In this document: in pieces, positions 9,534-20,067 of the stretch
Layout: each line of letters starts with the position of its first letter
Numbering within the stretch: the stretch's first letter is position 1
NCBI GenBank assembly: GCA_046597065.1
Contig: JBKJLI010000002.1
Coordinates: 52,071-116,070 of the forward strand
DNA from: Candidatus Saccharimonadia bacterium
GTDB taxonomy: Bacteria; Patescibacteriota; Saccharimonadia; UBA4664; SCTI01
Length of the DNA: 64,000 nucleotides
Direction of reading: 5' to 3'
Translations under genes and position numbers: made by a program
The notes under the pieces: generated by a model
Seen by the model: the letters and a program-made list of their open reading frames with translations, nothing else
Told to the model about the DNA's origin: nothing
Databases searched by the model: none

Positions 9534-9689
9534 GAGTTTATGAACTCATGAAGTCACCTCCAGATGTAGGGTACGAATACAATACCAAGTTATTAAACAG
9601 ATAAATACTCGTTTTGTCAATAATTGAATTAATAAATTTTGTCATATGTTCTGGATGTTTGTGACATCTGATCTTGGTACAATGGGGTG

Positions 9690-11873
9690 ATGAGTATGTT
9701 GTTAAAAGATTTAAATGATCCGCAACGCCAAGCGGTGCTTCAAACCGAGGGGCCGGTGTTAATGTTGGCAGGAGCCGGTAGTGGTAAAACCAAGGCGCTA
9801 ACGCATCGGATTGCCCACTTGGTGGCCGATAAAGGTGTTTCGCCGGGACAAATACTGGCGGTAACCTTTACCAATAAAGCCGCTGGCGAGATGCGTGCGC
9901 GGGTGCTAACTCTACTAGGCAAACGGGTTGATAACCGTCATTTTTTGCCTTATATTGGCACCTTTCATTCAATATGCGTACGGATGTTGAGGCAAGATGG
10001 CGACCGGATTGGATTGAGTAAAAGTTTCAGTATTTTTGATGCTCAGGATTCACTATCGGCCACCAAGCAAGCCATGCGCCAAATTGGAATAGATGAAAAG
10101 CAGTTTTCGCCAAACTTAATATCTAACTTGATATCATCGGCCAAGAATGAACTGCTGGGCCCAGAAAGCTACGCAAAGCATGCCCATGGAGCCGCCCAAG
10201 AAGTGACAGCCAAGGTTTACCCACTGTATGAGCGTTTACTGACAGAAGCCGGCGCACTGGATTTTGATGATCTAATAATGAAAACGGTAAAAATGTTGAG
10301 CCAACCCGAACTGCTTCAAAAGTGGCAGCACCAGTTTGCTTACGTAATGATAGATGAGTATCAAGACACTAATCATGCCCAGTATCGGCTGGTAAAGCAG
10401 TTAGCCTTAAGTCATCGCAACATCTGTGTGGTTGGCGACGACTGGCAGGCTATTTATTCTTGGCGCGGTGCCAACTTTCAGAACATTCTGGATTTTGAAA
10501 AGGATTATCCCGATGCGGTGATTATCAAATTAGAGCAGAACTATCGATCGACCCAAAACATATTGGCGGCAGCCGATGCAGTGATCACTAAGAATCTGGT
10601 GCGCTCTAAAAAAGAGCTGTGGACCGATCAAGCCGACGGCGCCAAGGTGCAAGTAGTGACGGTTTATGATCAAAACCATGAGGCCGATACCATCTGTGAG
10701 TTAATTGATCGGCATGTAAGGGCAGGCGAATATAAGCTATGCGATTATGCAGTTTTATACCGAGTGGGCGCTCAGTCGCGGTCGCTAGAAGAGTCGCTAT
10801 TGCGACATAATCTGCCCTATAAGATTATTGGTGGTACGCGCTTTTATGAGCGCAAAGAGGTTAAAGACGCCCTGGCCTATCTGCGCTTTATCCATAACCC
10901 TGGTGATATCGTTAGTTTTAACCGCATTATTAATCTGCCGCCACGGGGCTTGGGCGACAAAAGCTTAGAGCGATTGGGGCAGTATCAACGCGGCCACAAT
11001 CTTAGCCTGTTAGATGCACTGCTGACTTCTAGCCAAGTCGAGAGCTTAACTCCTCGAGCACGGGAGGCTTTAATGCGTTTTTATGATCTGATTATGGGAT
11101 TACGAGGTGAAATCGAAAATCTTTCGATTGGCCAGTTGCTAGATCGGGCGCTTAAGCAAAGTGGATATATTGACTACTTAAACGACGGAAGTATTCCGGC
11201 GGCCGAGCGGTTAGAAAACATTGCCGAGTTGCTGCGAGTCTCTGAAACCTACAGCGAGCTAGGGCTAGAGGGCTTTTTAGAAGAGATTGCTCTGGTGTCA
11301 GACATCGACAACTACTCTACAGATGCTGATGCCGTTACATTGATGACGCTACATGCTGCCAAGGGGTTAGAGTTTGAGGTGGTGTTTATGCCCGGAATGG
11401 AGGAAGGGATCTTTCCTCATGGTCGTAGCGCATTTGATCAGTCCCAGCTCGAGGAAGAGCGGCGGTTGTGTTATGTGGGTATGACAAGGGCAAAACAGCG
11501 TTTGGTAATGCTTCATACCCAATCGCGCCTGCTTTATGGAGGGGTTCAGCATAATCCACCTTCGCGATTTTTGCTCGATATACCGGCGCAGCTACGTGAG
11601 GGCGATACGCTTACGGCTGGATCTACGGTTACAGCTCCTAGCCCAGAGCGGTTTGTGGGGGGTAACCCGTTTAATGATCTAGAGTTTGAAGGTTTAAGTG
11701 ACGGCTTGGCTCCAGAGAAAGCTAATCTAAAGCCAGGCGATCAAGTTAGCCATGCCAAGTTTGGAGAAGGCCTGGTGGTGTCGGTGGTTGGCGATGAACT
11801 TACGGCGACATTTGTGGGGGTTGGTACTAAAAAACTTAGTCTGTCGTTTGCACCGATTCAAAAGTTAAAATAA
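9690..11873 (+). CDS. pcrA: ATP-dependent DNA helicase PcrA/UvrD
   Basis: AGAGSGKT, TFTNKAA, DEYQDTN, LEQNYRS, HAAKGLEF, EERRLCYVGMTRA, C-terminal Tudor. Confidence 0.96.
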   Translation: MSMLLKDLNDPQRQAVLQTEGPVLMLAGAGSGKTKALTHRIAHLVADKGVSPGQILAVTFTNKAAGEMRARVLTLLGKRVDNRHFLPYIGTFHSICVRMLRQDGDRIGLSKSFSIFDAQDSLSATKQAMRQIGIDEKQFSPNLISNLISSAKNELLGPESYAKHAHGAAQEVTAKVYPLYERLLTEAGALDFDDLIMKTVKMLSQPELLQKWQHQFAYVMIDEYQDTNHAQYRLVKQLALSHRNICVVGDDWQAIYSWRGANFQNILDFEKDYPDAVIIKLEQNYRSTQNILAAADAVITKNLVRSKKELWTDQADGAKVQVVTVYDQNHEADTICELIDRHVRAGEYKLCDYAVLYRVGAQSRSLEESLLRHNLPYKIIGGTRFYERKEVKDALAYLRFIHNPGDIVSFNRIINLPPRGLGDKSLERLGQYQRGHNLSLLDALLTSSQVESLTPRAREALMRFYDLIMGLRGEIENLSIGQLLDRALKQSGYIDYLNDGSIPAAERLENIAELLRVSETYSELGLEGFLEEIALVSDIDNYSTDADAVTLMTLHAAKGLEFEVVFMPGMEEGIFPHGRSAFDQSQLEEERRLCYVGMTRAKQRLVMLHTQSRLLYGGVQHNPPSRFLLDIPAQLREGDTLTAGSTVTAPSPERFVGGNPFNDLEFEGLSDGLAPEKANLKPGDQVSHAKFGEGLVVSVVGDELTATFVGVGTKKLSLSFAPIQKLK

Positions 11874-11897
11874 CGCCATTTATACCGCTTATGCTCC

Positions 11898-11926
11898 TTG
11901 ACATATATACCTGTAACGCTTACTAT
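11898..11926 (+). promoter_or_regulatory. sigma70 promoter of the RpfB-like gene
   Basis: TTGACA-17-TACTAT, preceded by GCTTATGCT. Confidence 0.75.
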
Positions 11927-12007
11927 GTTTAATAGGATTTTCCAGATGTGGAGTCCCTAAAATACAAAGCCAAAATCGGTCGCTACTGACTAACTCGTGA
12001 GGCTTAC

Positions 12008-13213
12008 ATTTTAAGCAATCTCAGCACAGCGCTTCAAGCGCCTGCCGGCAGCAGTTTCCGTAAAATCCTGTCAGCTGTAGTAGGCGTTGCGTTTAGCATC
12101 ACTATTTTAGGACTTATAACGGGTTTAATCCCGCCACCAAAGTCGGCCCTGGCCGACTCATCGGCCGTGGTTAGCATTTATGCTGATGGCCAAAAACGGA
12201 TCGTTACATCGAACGCTCACAGCGTTGGTGAGGTACTTAAAGACAATAAAGTTGAAATATCCGAAGGTGATTTAATTGAACCAGATGTAAATACGTCGGT
12301 TTCCGAGGGCTTCTTTAATATTAATGTCTACCGGGCGCGGCCGGTAGTGGTGATTGACGGTCAGCGCGAGCTAAAGCTAAAAACGGCTTTGCAAAGCCCT
12401 AGTTTAATCGCTAAAACCGCTGGCTTAACGACTTATCCCGAAGACACTTATCGTGTTGATAACATCGACAACTTAGCTCAGCTGGCAACGGTTGGGCAAA
12501 AGATAACCATTGATCGGGCGACTCCGGTAATAATTCGTAGCGATGGCATAGACCAGCTAATTCGCACTCAACAGGCAACGGTGGGCGGCTTGCTTGATGA
12601 GCGCGATGTAGCATTGGGTCCTCAAGATGAGGTAGTGCCCCCTCGCGCAACGGCTATCACAGCCAATCTGGTGGTTACGATCAATCGGGTGCGTGTGGCA
12701 GTGGTTAAACAGACAGATGCGATCGCTCGAGCAGTGCAAACTGTTAAAGATGCCGGTTTGGCAGCTGGAGTTACCCAAGTAAAGACCGAAGGCAATGATG
12801 GTGAGCGGGTGACAACCTACCGTATTCATTATCAGAATGGCATTGAGCAAAGCCGCGACAAGCTGGATCAAGTTGTTACAAAGCAGCCTGCTACTAAAGT
12901 TGTTGTAGTAGGGATTCTCATAAATTACGGCGCCGACCCTGTTGAGCTGGGTCGACAACTGGCTGCTGAACGCGGCTGGACCGGCGATCAATGGACGGCA
13001 TTATATAGCTTATGGCAGCATGAATCGGGCTGGAACCCGGCTTCGCGCAACTTCTTTAGTGGCGCCTGTGGTATCCCTCAAGCCTATCCATGCAGCAAGA
13101 TCACCGATATGTCTACGGCAGGCCAGATAACCTGGGGTCTTAATTATATCGCCGGCAAATATGGTACCCCGGCCAACGCCTGGGCCTACTGGCAGCGAAA
13201 TCGCAGCTACTAA
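12008..13213 (+). CDS. RpfB-like cell-wall hydrolase (DUF348 repeats, G5, lytic transglycosylase-like C-terminus)
   Basis: G5 domain, LWQHESGWNP catalytic Glu, GIPQA. The frame is open upstream of GTG 12167 and encodes a signal/TM segment; probable ATT start at 12008. Confidence 0.85.
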   Translation: MLSNLSTALQAPAGSSFRKILSAVVGVAFSITILGLITGLIPPPKSALADSSAVVSIYADGQKRIVTSNAHSVGEVLKDNKVEISEGDLIEPDVNTSVSEGFFNINVYRARPVVVIDGQRELKLKTALQSPSLIAKTAGLTTYPEDTYRVDNIDNLAQLATVGQKITIDRATPVIIRSDGIDQLIRTQQATVGGLLDERDVALGPQDEVVPPRATAITANLVVTINRVRVAVVKQTDAIARAVQTVKDAGLAAGVTQVKTEGNDGERVTTYRIHYQNGIEQSRDKLDQVVTKQPATKVVVVGILINYGADPVELGRQLAAERGWTGDQWTALYSLWQHESGWNPASRNFFSGACGIPQAYPCSKITDMSTAGQITWGLNYIAGKYGTPANAWAYWQRNRSY

Positions 13214-13277
13214 ATTCATCATCATCTAATTAAGTTTTAATTACGGCTCAGGCGGGAGTCTAAGCTAAACTAGGGTT

Positions 13278-14108
13278 ATGGATTTAACCGACCCTAAACA
13301 GTTAAAGATTGCCATGGAATTGGCCGGTCTACGCGCTCATAAGAGCTTGGGCCAGCATTTTTTGGTCGACCGTGAGGCATTAAAGGCGGTCATGGCGGCT
13401 GGTCGGGTTGGTCCCGATGATGTAATTGTCGAAATTGGGCCAGGCCTTGGGGTTATGACCACCGAACTGGCGGATCAAGCCGGCAAAGTTATCGCGCTGG
13501 AGCTTGATAATAACTTAGTTGAACTGCTTAAGCGGGACGCTCCAGCCAACCTGGAAGTGCGCCACCAAGATGTTTTGGATCTAGATTTTAGCACTCTACC
13601 CAAGGGTTATAAGGTGGTTGCCAATATTCCTTATTACCTCACTTCGGCAATATTTCGGCGTTTTTTAGAGAGCAGCAATCAACCTAAGCTAATGTCACTA
13701 CTAATCCAAAAAGAGGTGGCGCAGAGAGTTACCGCAGAACCGGGAAAAATGACGGTACTGGCGCTGAGTGTGCAGTATTACGGACAACCTAAATACATTC
13801 AGACGGTAGAACGGTTTAGCTTTTGGCCGGCTCCTAAGGTAGATTCAGCAATTTTACAGATTGAAGTTTTTGACCAGCCGGCCTTTCCTGCCGATCCTCA
13901 AAGATTGTTTCGATTAATTAAGGCGGGATTTGGCGAGCGCCGCAAAATGCTCAAAAACAGCCTTGCTGGGGGGTTGAATATCAGCATAGAGCTAGCTACC
14001 GAACTAGTTGCTGCCGCCGCGCTGGCACCCACTACCCGAGCCCAGGAACTGGCAATGTCTGAATGGGAGCGATTATATAGTCAGGCAACTAGTAGTCAAC
14101 TAATTTAA
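13278..14108 (+). CDS. rsmA: 16S rRNA dimethyladenosine transferase
   Basis: KSLGQHFL, EIGPGLG, ANIPYY, PKVDS. Confidence 0.96.
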   Translation: MDLTDPKQLKIAMELAGLRAHKSLGQHFLVDREALKAVMAAGRVGPDDVIVEIGPGLGVMTTELADQAGKVIALELDNNLVELLKRDAPANLEVRHQDVLDLDFSTLPKGYKVVANIPYYLTSAIFRRFLESSNQPKLMSLLIQKEVAQRVTAEPGKMTVLALSVQYYGQPKYIQTVERFSFWPAPKVDSAILQIEVFDQPAFPADPQRLFRLIKAGFGERRKMLKNSLAGGLNISIELATELVAAAALAPTTRAQELAMSEWERLYSQATSSQLI

Positions 14109-14147
14109 GGTTTGCTTGCAGCAGATCATAAGCGCTATCATTAAGTT

Positions 14148-15986
14148 ATGATTAAACGCTGGCTAAGTACAGTTTGGTTAGCGCTGTTAATGCTGGTTTG
14201 GGCTTGGCCATCTACTGGCGGAGCGGCCGGTGATTTTAGCTATGCGACTTCGGTTACCTACCGTGTGGATGGTGCTGGGCTTACCAACGTCGAAGAGCAC
14301 TATGAAATCACCAACAACACCCCGCGTCTGTATTTAAGTAAGCTACAGCTATCAACCCCAACAAATGATGTCGAGGGCGTTAATGCTAGCTATGATGATG
14401 GCGGCGATCTGCCTGTAAGCTCATCCGAGCAAACCAGTGATCGCGCCGGCGGCTATAAGTACCAACGTCTAACCATCGCATTTCCCAAACAGCGGTACGG
14501 CCAGGGCAAAAAATGGTCGTTTACGCTCCGCTATCAAACCAAGGATTTAGTTGATAGTAAGGGGGGCTCACATACAGTCTACATACCCCAGATCGAACCG
14601 GCCGATGGAACCGACCGCTATGACGTCACAGTCGTGGTTCCAGAAAACTTTGGTGGCGCACATTTTAGTGGCGCAAAACTGGCCTCGAGGGGAAAGACCG
14701 CCGGTGAACAGTTTTTTCACTTTAGCCAAGACGAGTTGGTTAAGAATTCTTTGGCGCTGGCGTTTGGCGACATAAATCGGTACAAGTTAAACTTTAATTT
14801 TCCGCTAAAAAATGACTCACCCTTTACACGTACCATGACAGTGGCTTTGCCACCCAACCTAAACAATCAAAACGTTTACGTTAACTCATTATCTCCCGCC
14901 CCCCAGGGCACTCGTGTTGATGCAGATGGTAATACCTTGGCCGATTACAGTGTTGGAGGCGGCCAAAGCTTGATCGTTAAAACCGATGTGGTTGGCGAGG
15001 TTAAGCATCGCGACTATGACCTTTCTAAATCCGGTAAAAAGGGGGATTTACCGGCCGATTTAGTACGCCGTTATACCGGGCAAACTCAGTATTGGCAGGC
15101 CAATCGTGACATATCGTCGGCTGCGGCAAGTGTCAGTAACCCAAAAAAACTGGTGGCCGAGAATGTTAGGGCCATGTATCAGTACGTTATCGACCGGCTA
15201 AGTTACAATAACGATAAGATCGCCTTTAATGTTCGGCAAGGATCGGCCAAAGCCTTTAGCGATCCAAGCAACTCGGTTTGTCTGGAATATGCTGATTTAC
15301 TGGTTGCCATGTTGAGATCGCAAGGTATTCCGGCGCGGATGCCGGTTGGGTATGGCTATAGCGGTAATCTAAAACAATCTTCATTGGTTGCAGACTCGCT
15401 GCACTCTTGGGTTGAGGCATATGTTCCGGGTGTAGGATGGATGACACTAGATCCTACTTGGGGCGAAAAGTTTGATGACTTTGGCCAAAGCGACCTTGAT
15501 CATATGGCTTTTAGCATCTGGGGCTCAAGCGATGATCGCCCCAATGCGGTGATGGCCGGTAGCAGTGACCAAAATTATCAGTATGAGCAGACTGAACTTA
15601 GCTATATTTATACCGCACCACCAATGCCAACTGGTTCACGCGTCGAGGCCACTAGATATCCAATATTGCCATGGATTGCAATTGATCAAATATCGGCTAT
15701 TGGGCAGTCTCAGGTGGTTGTAAATAATGCCGCGGTTACGATCGGCAATGCCCAAGTCGGCTTAGGAGATTTGGCACCCTCTCAACACGCCGTGCGCTAT
15801 CAACTACACCTTGGCTCGGATTGGCTGGGGGCGCCAAACCTAAAATTATTGGTAGCGGGCAACTCGATTGCTAGTGGAAAGGCTAAGCTTAATTATTTGG
15901 GCCTTGGCTTGTTGCCAGTGTTGGTATTTGGTTTGATATTGTTATTACGTCACTATCGCAAACCACCGCCAGAGCTCGACCGCTAA
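14148..15986 (+). CDS. Secreted/membrane-anchored transglutaminase-like domain protein
   Basis: Signal peptide, VCLEYA / HSWVE / LDPTW Cys-His-Asp triad, C-terminal TM. Confidence 0.85.
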   Translation: MIKRWLSTVWLALLMLVWAWPSTGGAAGDFSYATSVTYRVDGAGLTNVEEHYEITNNTPRLYLSKLQLSTPTNDVEGVNASYDDGGDLPVSSSEQTSDRAGGYKYQRLTIAFPKQRYGQGKKWSFTLRYQTKDLVDSKGGSHTVYIPQIEPADGTDRYDVTVVVPENFGGAHFSGAKLASRGKTAGEQFFHFSQDELVKNSLALAFGDINRYKLNFNFPLKNDSPFTRTMTVALPPNLNNQNVYVNSLSPAPQGTRVDADGNTLADYSVGGGQSLIVKTDVVGEVKHRDYDLSKSGKKGDLPADLVRRYTGQTQYWQANRDISSAAASVSNPKKLVAENVRAMYQYVIDRLSYNNDKIAFNVRQGSAKAFSDPSNSVCLEYADLLVAMLRSQGIPARMPVGYGYSGNLKQSSLVADSLHSWVEAYVPGVGWMTLDPTWGEKFDDFGQSDLDHMAFSIWGSSDDRPNAVMAGSSDQNYQYEQTELSYIYTAPPMPTGSRVEATRYPILPWIAIDQISAIGQSQVVVNNAAVTIGNAQVGLGDLAPSQHAVRYQLHLGSDWLGAPNLKLLVAGNSIASGKAKLNYLGLGLLPVLVFGLILLLRHYRKPPPELDR

Positions 15987-16010
15987 CCTGTTTTTGGCTA
16001 CAATAAGCCC

Positions 16011-17453
16011 ATGTCTAAGTTTTTCATCACCACGCCAATCTACTACATAAACGATAAGCCACACATTGGCCATGCCTATTCGACGTTTGTTGGCGACGCT
16101 TTGGCACGATGGCACCGCCAGCAGGGTGACGAGGTTTTGTTTACAGTTGGTACAGATGATAACAGTCAAAAAACGGTCTTGGCAGCGGCTGATGCCAAAC
16201 AACCCACAGCTGCATATGCCGATAAAATGGCCAAGTTGTGGAAGGATACTTGGGATGAGTCGGGAATCAGCTACAACCGCTTTATACGCACCACTGAAGA
16301 CGATCACAAGCAGGCGGTTTACGCACTTATAGCCAAGGCCGAGGCGGCTGGTGATATTTATAAGGGTGAGTATGAAGGTCTGTACTGTGTAGGGCATGAA
16401 GCTTACATGCGCGAAGATGAGCTTATTGACGGAAAGTGTCCGGAGCATGGCAAGGCACCGGAACATCGAAAAGAACCCAATTATTTTTTTAAGCTTTCGA
16501 AATATCAGCAGAAATTGCTAGATCATATCGAAAAACACCCCGAGTTCATGCAGCCAGAATCGCGCCGCAACGAGGTAGTGGCTTTCATAAAACGCGGGCT
16601 CGATGACATTAGTATTTCACGCAAGGATCCAGAGTGGGGAATTCCGTGGCCTGGCGACAAGAGCCAAGCAGTATACGTGTGGTTTGATGCTCTGGTTAAT
16701 TATTTAACGGTTACGGGTTACCCCAAAGCCGGTTTTGAAAAGCTGTGGCCGGCCGATGTCCATATTGTGGGTAAGGATATTATAAAGTTCCATGGCATCT
16801 ACTGGCCGGCAATGTTAATGAGCGCCGGTTTGCCGCTACCTAAAGCGGTGTTTGCGCATGGCTTCTTTACCATCGAAGGTCAGAAAATATCCAAGTCTTT
16901 GGGTAATGTGATTGATCCAGTACAGCTAGCCGGCGATTATGGCGTTGATGCTCTTCGTTATTATCTGCTGCGTGAAATTAGTATGGGTAATGACGGCGAG
17001 TTTACCCACGCTCGTTTTCGCGAGGTTTATGAAACCGAGTTAGCCAACGAGCTAGGTAACGCCGTGCAGAGAGTCGCGGCAATGATTAGCAAGTACTTGG
17101 GCGGAACTGTAGGCGTGGCAGCCCCCAGTGCACATGATACCGGCCCGATTCGTGAGGCAATGGGGCGATTTAGAATCGATCAGGCCCTTAATGAGATATG
17201 GGTGCATGTACGCGGCATCAACCAGTACATAGAGGAGGCTAAACCCTGGGAGCTGGCTAAAACCGACAAAGACCAGTTGGTTCAAGTGCTAGAGCAGGCG
17301 ACAGCCGATCTGCTTCAAGTTGCTCGTTTGTTAATGCCGTTTATACCTGCCACCAGTGAGCGTATTATCAAGACTTTTGAAGATGGTCGGGTGCACCCCG
17401 AGGTTGGTATTCTGTTTCCGAAGTTTGAAGATAGTGTAAAACCAAAAGCCTAG
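16011..17453 (+). CDS. metG: Methionine--tRNA ligase (short form)
   Basis: PHIGH, GTDD, YVWFDAL, KISKSLGN; no C-terminal tRNA-binding domain. Confidence 0.96.
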   Translation: MSKFFITTPIYYINDKPHIGHAYSTFVGDALARWHRQQGDEVLFTVGTDDNSQKTVLAAADAKQPTAAYADKMAKLWKDTWDESGISYNRFIRTTEDDHKQAVYALIAKAEAAGDIYKGEYEGLYCVGHEAYMREDELIDGKCPEHGKAPEHRKEPNYFFKLSKYQQKLLDHIEKHPEFMQPESRRNEVVAFIKRGLDDISISRKDPEWGIPWPGDKSQAVYVWFDALVNYLTVTGYPKAGFEKLWPADVHIVGKDIIKFHGIYWPAMLMSAGLPLPKAVFAHGFFTIEGQKISKSLGNVIDPVQLAGDYGVDALRYYLLREISMGNDGEFTHARFREVYETELANELGNAVQRVAAMISKYLGGTVGVAAPSAHDTGPIREAMGRFRIDQALNEIWVHVRGINQYIEEAKPWELAKTDKDQLVQVLEQATADLLQVARLLMPFIPATSERIIKTFEDGRVHPEVGILFPKFEDSVKPKA

Positions 17454-17456
17454 GTC

Positions 17457-18272
17457 GTGGAGCGACCATTGACACAACCTAAGCCTCGCTTAACCTTACG
17501 ACCAGATGGCTCGCCGCGACTGATCGACACTCATGCACACCTGCATTTTAAGCAGTTTGCAGGAGAAGTCGATGCGGCGATTAAGCAGGCTGAGGAGGCT
17601 GGCGTCGACCGAATTATAACTGTGGGGGTTGATACTGCCGATAGCCGCAAGGCGGTGGAGCTGGCGGCGCGTTATGAGAATATTTGGGCGACGGTGGGAG
17701 TGCATCCGCACGCCGCCGCCGAGTATCCGCAAGGCGCCAATTATTTGCGCGACCTGGCGGCCGAGCGTAAGGTAGTAGCCATCGGCGAGTGTGGTTTGGA
17801 TTACTTTAAATCAACAGCTAGTAAAGCCGAGCAAGCGGTGGCATTGCGCGGCCAAATTGAGTTGGGGTTAAAGCTCGAGCTACCAGTAGTGTTCCATGTG
17901 AGGGAGGCGTTTGATGATTTCTTTGCCATCATTAGAGGCTACACCGGCGTACATGGAGTGGTGCATAGTTTTAGCGGAGGCGAGGCAGAATTAGACCAGG
18001 CACTGTCAGCTGGGCTGATGGTGGCGCTAAATGGCATTATGACTTTTACCAAAGATTCGAGCCAGCTAGAGGCCGCCAAAAAAGTGCCGGCTAGTAGCAT
18101 GATTTTAGAAACCGACTGCCCCTTTTTAGCACCACTGCCATACCGCGGCAAAACCAACCAACCGGCGTATACGGCTGACATCGCCGGGTTCTTGGCCGGC
18201 CTACGGGGTGAGTCGCTTTCCGAGATTGCCGGATATACCACCGCTAATGCCGAAAGGTTGTTTGGGCTGTGA
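17457..18272 (+). CDS. tatD: TatD family hydrolase
   Basis: DTHAHL, GVHPH, GECGLD, ETDCPFL. Confidence 0.93.
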   Translation: MERPLTQPKPRLTLRPDGSPRLIDTHAHLHFKQFAGEVDAAIKQAEEAGVDRIITVGVDTADSRKAVELAARYENIWATVGVHPHAAAEYPQGANYLRDLAAERKVVAIGECGLDYFKSTASKAEQAVALRGQIELGLKLELPVVFHVREAFDDFFAIIRGYTGVHGVVHSFSGGEAELDQALSAGLMVALNGIMTFTKDSSQLEAAKKVPASSMILETDCPFLAPLPYRGKTNQPAYTADIAGFLAGLRGESLSEIAGYTTANAERLFGL

Positions 18273-19453
18273 GTAAACGGGTGTATCTAGATTATGCTGC
18301 CGCCACACCAGTTGATAAACGCGTGCTTAAGGCCATGCAACCTTATTTAAGTGATCGCTTTGCCAACCCCTCGTCGCTGCATAGTGACGGCCGGGCTCAG
18401 CGGGCGGCATTAGAGCAGGCCCGTGCGCAAGTGGCTAAGGTCTTAGGCGCCAAGCCAGCCGAAATAATCTACACCAGTGGCAGTACCGAGGGCATAAATT
18501 TAGCAATCCAGGGTATTGCCAGCCAGTACCCAGGAGGAAGAATAGCGATTAGTGCCATAGAGCACGAAGCGGTCTGGGAGCTAGCTGATCACTTTGAAAC
18601 CAGTGGTCGACCAATCAAAGTGGTGACGGTAGGGGAGAGCGGCTTGGTTTCGTCAGATCAAGTCAATCAGGCGATTGATGATCACACGGTATTACTATGC
18701 GTTCAGTATGTTAATCATGAGATTGGTACAATCCAGCCGGTGGCTAAGATTGCACAGGTAGTCGCCGAAATTCGTGAGGATCGAGCGGCTCGCGGCATAA
18801 TCATGCCACTGTACTTTTTTTGTGATGCTGCTCAGGCTAGTTTAATGAGTTTAGCGGTAGCTAGGTTGGGCATCGACATAATGTCACTTGGAGCCAGCAA
18901 GCTGTATGGCCCAACTGGAAGCGGTGTCCTTTATGTAAAAACTGGCACCCCTTTGCAGCCACTCTATTACGGCGGGGGGCAAGAAGCTGGCTTACGCAGC
19001 GGAACCGAATCGGTTGTCGGCGCAGTTGGGCTGGCCGAAGCATTAGAGCTGGCGGCGAGTGAAAGGGCTAAAGAGACCAAGCGCCAGCAAGCACTAACGG
19101 TTTGGCTTTGGCGTGAACTTAACCATAGAGTTGATGGGTTGGTTTTTAATGGCGATAAAAGGCAGCGCTCGGCTGGTAATCTTAATTTTAGCGTTCGTGG
19201 CGTTGGGGGTGAGGCATTGCAATCATATTTAGATAAAGCCGGTTTTGCGGTGGCCACTGGCTCGGCTTGTAGCGCCGGGAATGGACGACCGTCTAGGGTG
19301 CTAATGTCGATTGGATTAAATGATATTGCGGCCGATAGTAGCATACGCCTATCTATAGGTCGGCCAACCTCTAAATCTCAGCTAACAGATTTTATAGGGG
19401 CTTTTGTTAAATCCGTAATCCGCCTGCGCGAACTATCGCAAAAGGCCTCCTAA
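18269..19453 (+). CDS. Cysteine desulfurase (IscS/NifS type)
   Basis: YLDYAAATP, ANPSS, DAAQ, SKLYGP, GSAC; two genes upstream of mnmA. Confidence 0.92.
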   Translation: MSKRVYLDYAAATPVDKRVLKAMQPYLSDRFANPSSLHSDGRAQRAALEQARAQVAKVLGAKPAEIIYTSGSTEGINLAIQGIASQYPGGRIAISAIEHEAVWELADHFETSGRPIKVVTVGESGLVSSDQVNQAIDDHTVLLCVQYVNHEIGTIQPVAKIAQVVAEIREDRAARGIIMPLYFFCDAAQASLMSLAVARLGIDIMSLGASKLYGPTGSGVLYVKTGTPLQPLYYGGGQEAGLRSGTESVVGAVGLAEALELAASERAKETKRQQALTVWLWRELNHRVDGLVFNGDKRQRSAGNLNFSVRGVGGEALQSYLDKAGFAVATGSACSAGNGRPSRVLMSIGLNDIAADSSIRLSIGRPTSKSQLTDFIGAFVKSVIRLRELSQKAS

Positions 19454-19467
19454 AGTATAATTTAAGC

Positions 19468-20067
19468 ATGAGACGATTCCAGATTGTGTTAGTGATGATG
19501 GGTTTACTGCTAGTGGCAGTGGTAACCTTGATTGTAGGCATCGGTTTTTACTTATCACCGCAGGATGATTTGCGACCAGCCGACATGATTGTGGCGGTTA
19601 GTGGCGGCGAAACTCAGCAACGAGCAGCCGAGGCCATTAAGTTATATAAGGAGGGCTATGCTCCTAAGCTGCTATTTTCGGGTGCTGCAGTTGATAAATC
19701 CGGACCATCCAATGCCGAAGCAATGCGTATGCAAGCGCTTAAATCGGGCGTATCAAGTAGCGCCATTATTGTTGAAGAAAATTCCAGAAACACCACCGAA
19801 AACGCGCTGGCATCCGCCCCAATTATTAAATCGGCTGGCGCCAAAACAATAATTCTAGTCACCTCGCCCTACCATCAGCGCCGCGCCAGCCTCAATTTTA
19901 AGAAGGTTTTGGGTAATGATGTAACGGTGGTTAACCACTCGTCGGTTGATAGTGCCTGGCGCAAAAACTCCTGGTGGAGCGATCCTTATACCCTTAACTT
20001 AACGTTCGGCGAGCTCCAAAAAACCGTTTACGTAGTATCGACTAAGCCCGATGAAAGCCCCAAATAG
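19468..20067 (+). CDS. YdcF/DUF218 family protein
   Basis: N-terminal TM, SGG, EENSRNTTENA, VTSPYHQRRA. Confidence 0.88.
   Translation: MRRFQIVLVMMGLLLVAVVTLIVGIGFYLSPQDDLRPADMIVAVSGGETQQRAAEAIKLYKEGYAPKLLFSGAAVDKSGPSNAEAMRMQALKSGVSSSAIIVEENSRNTTENALASAPIIKSAGAKTIILVTSPYHQRRASLNFKKVLGNDVTVVNHSSVDSAWRKNSWWSDPYTLNLTFGELQKTVYVVSTKPDESPK

Noticed and set aside
8736-9551. 271-aa plus-strand ORF
   Set aside because: Antisense shadow of 8805..9533(-), which has the promoter, SD and hairpin.
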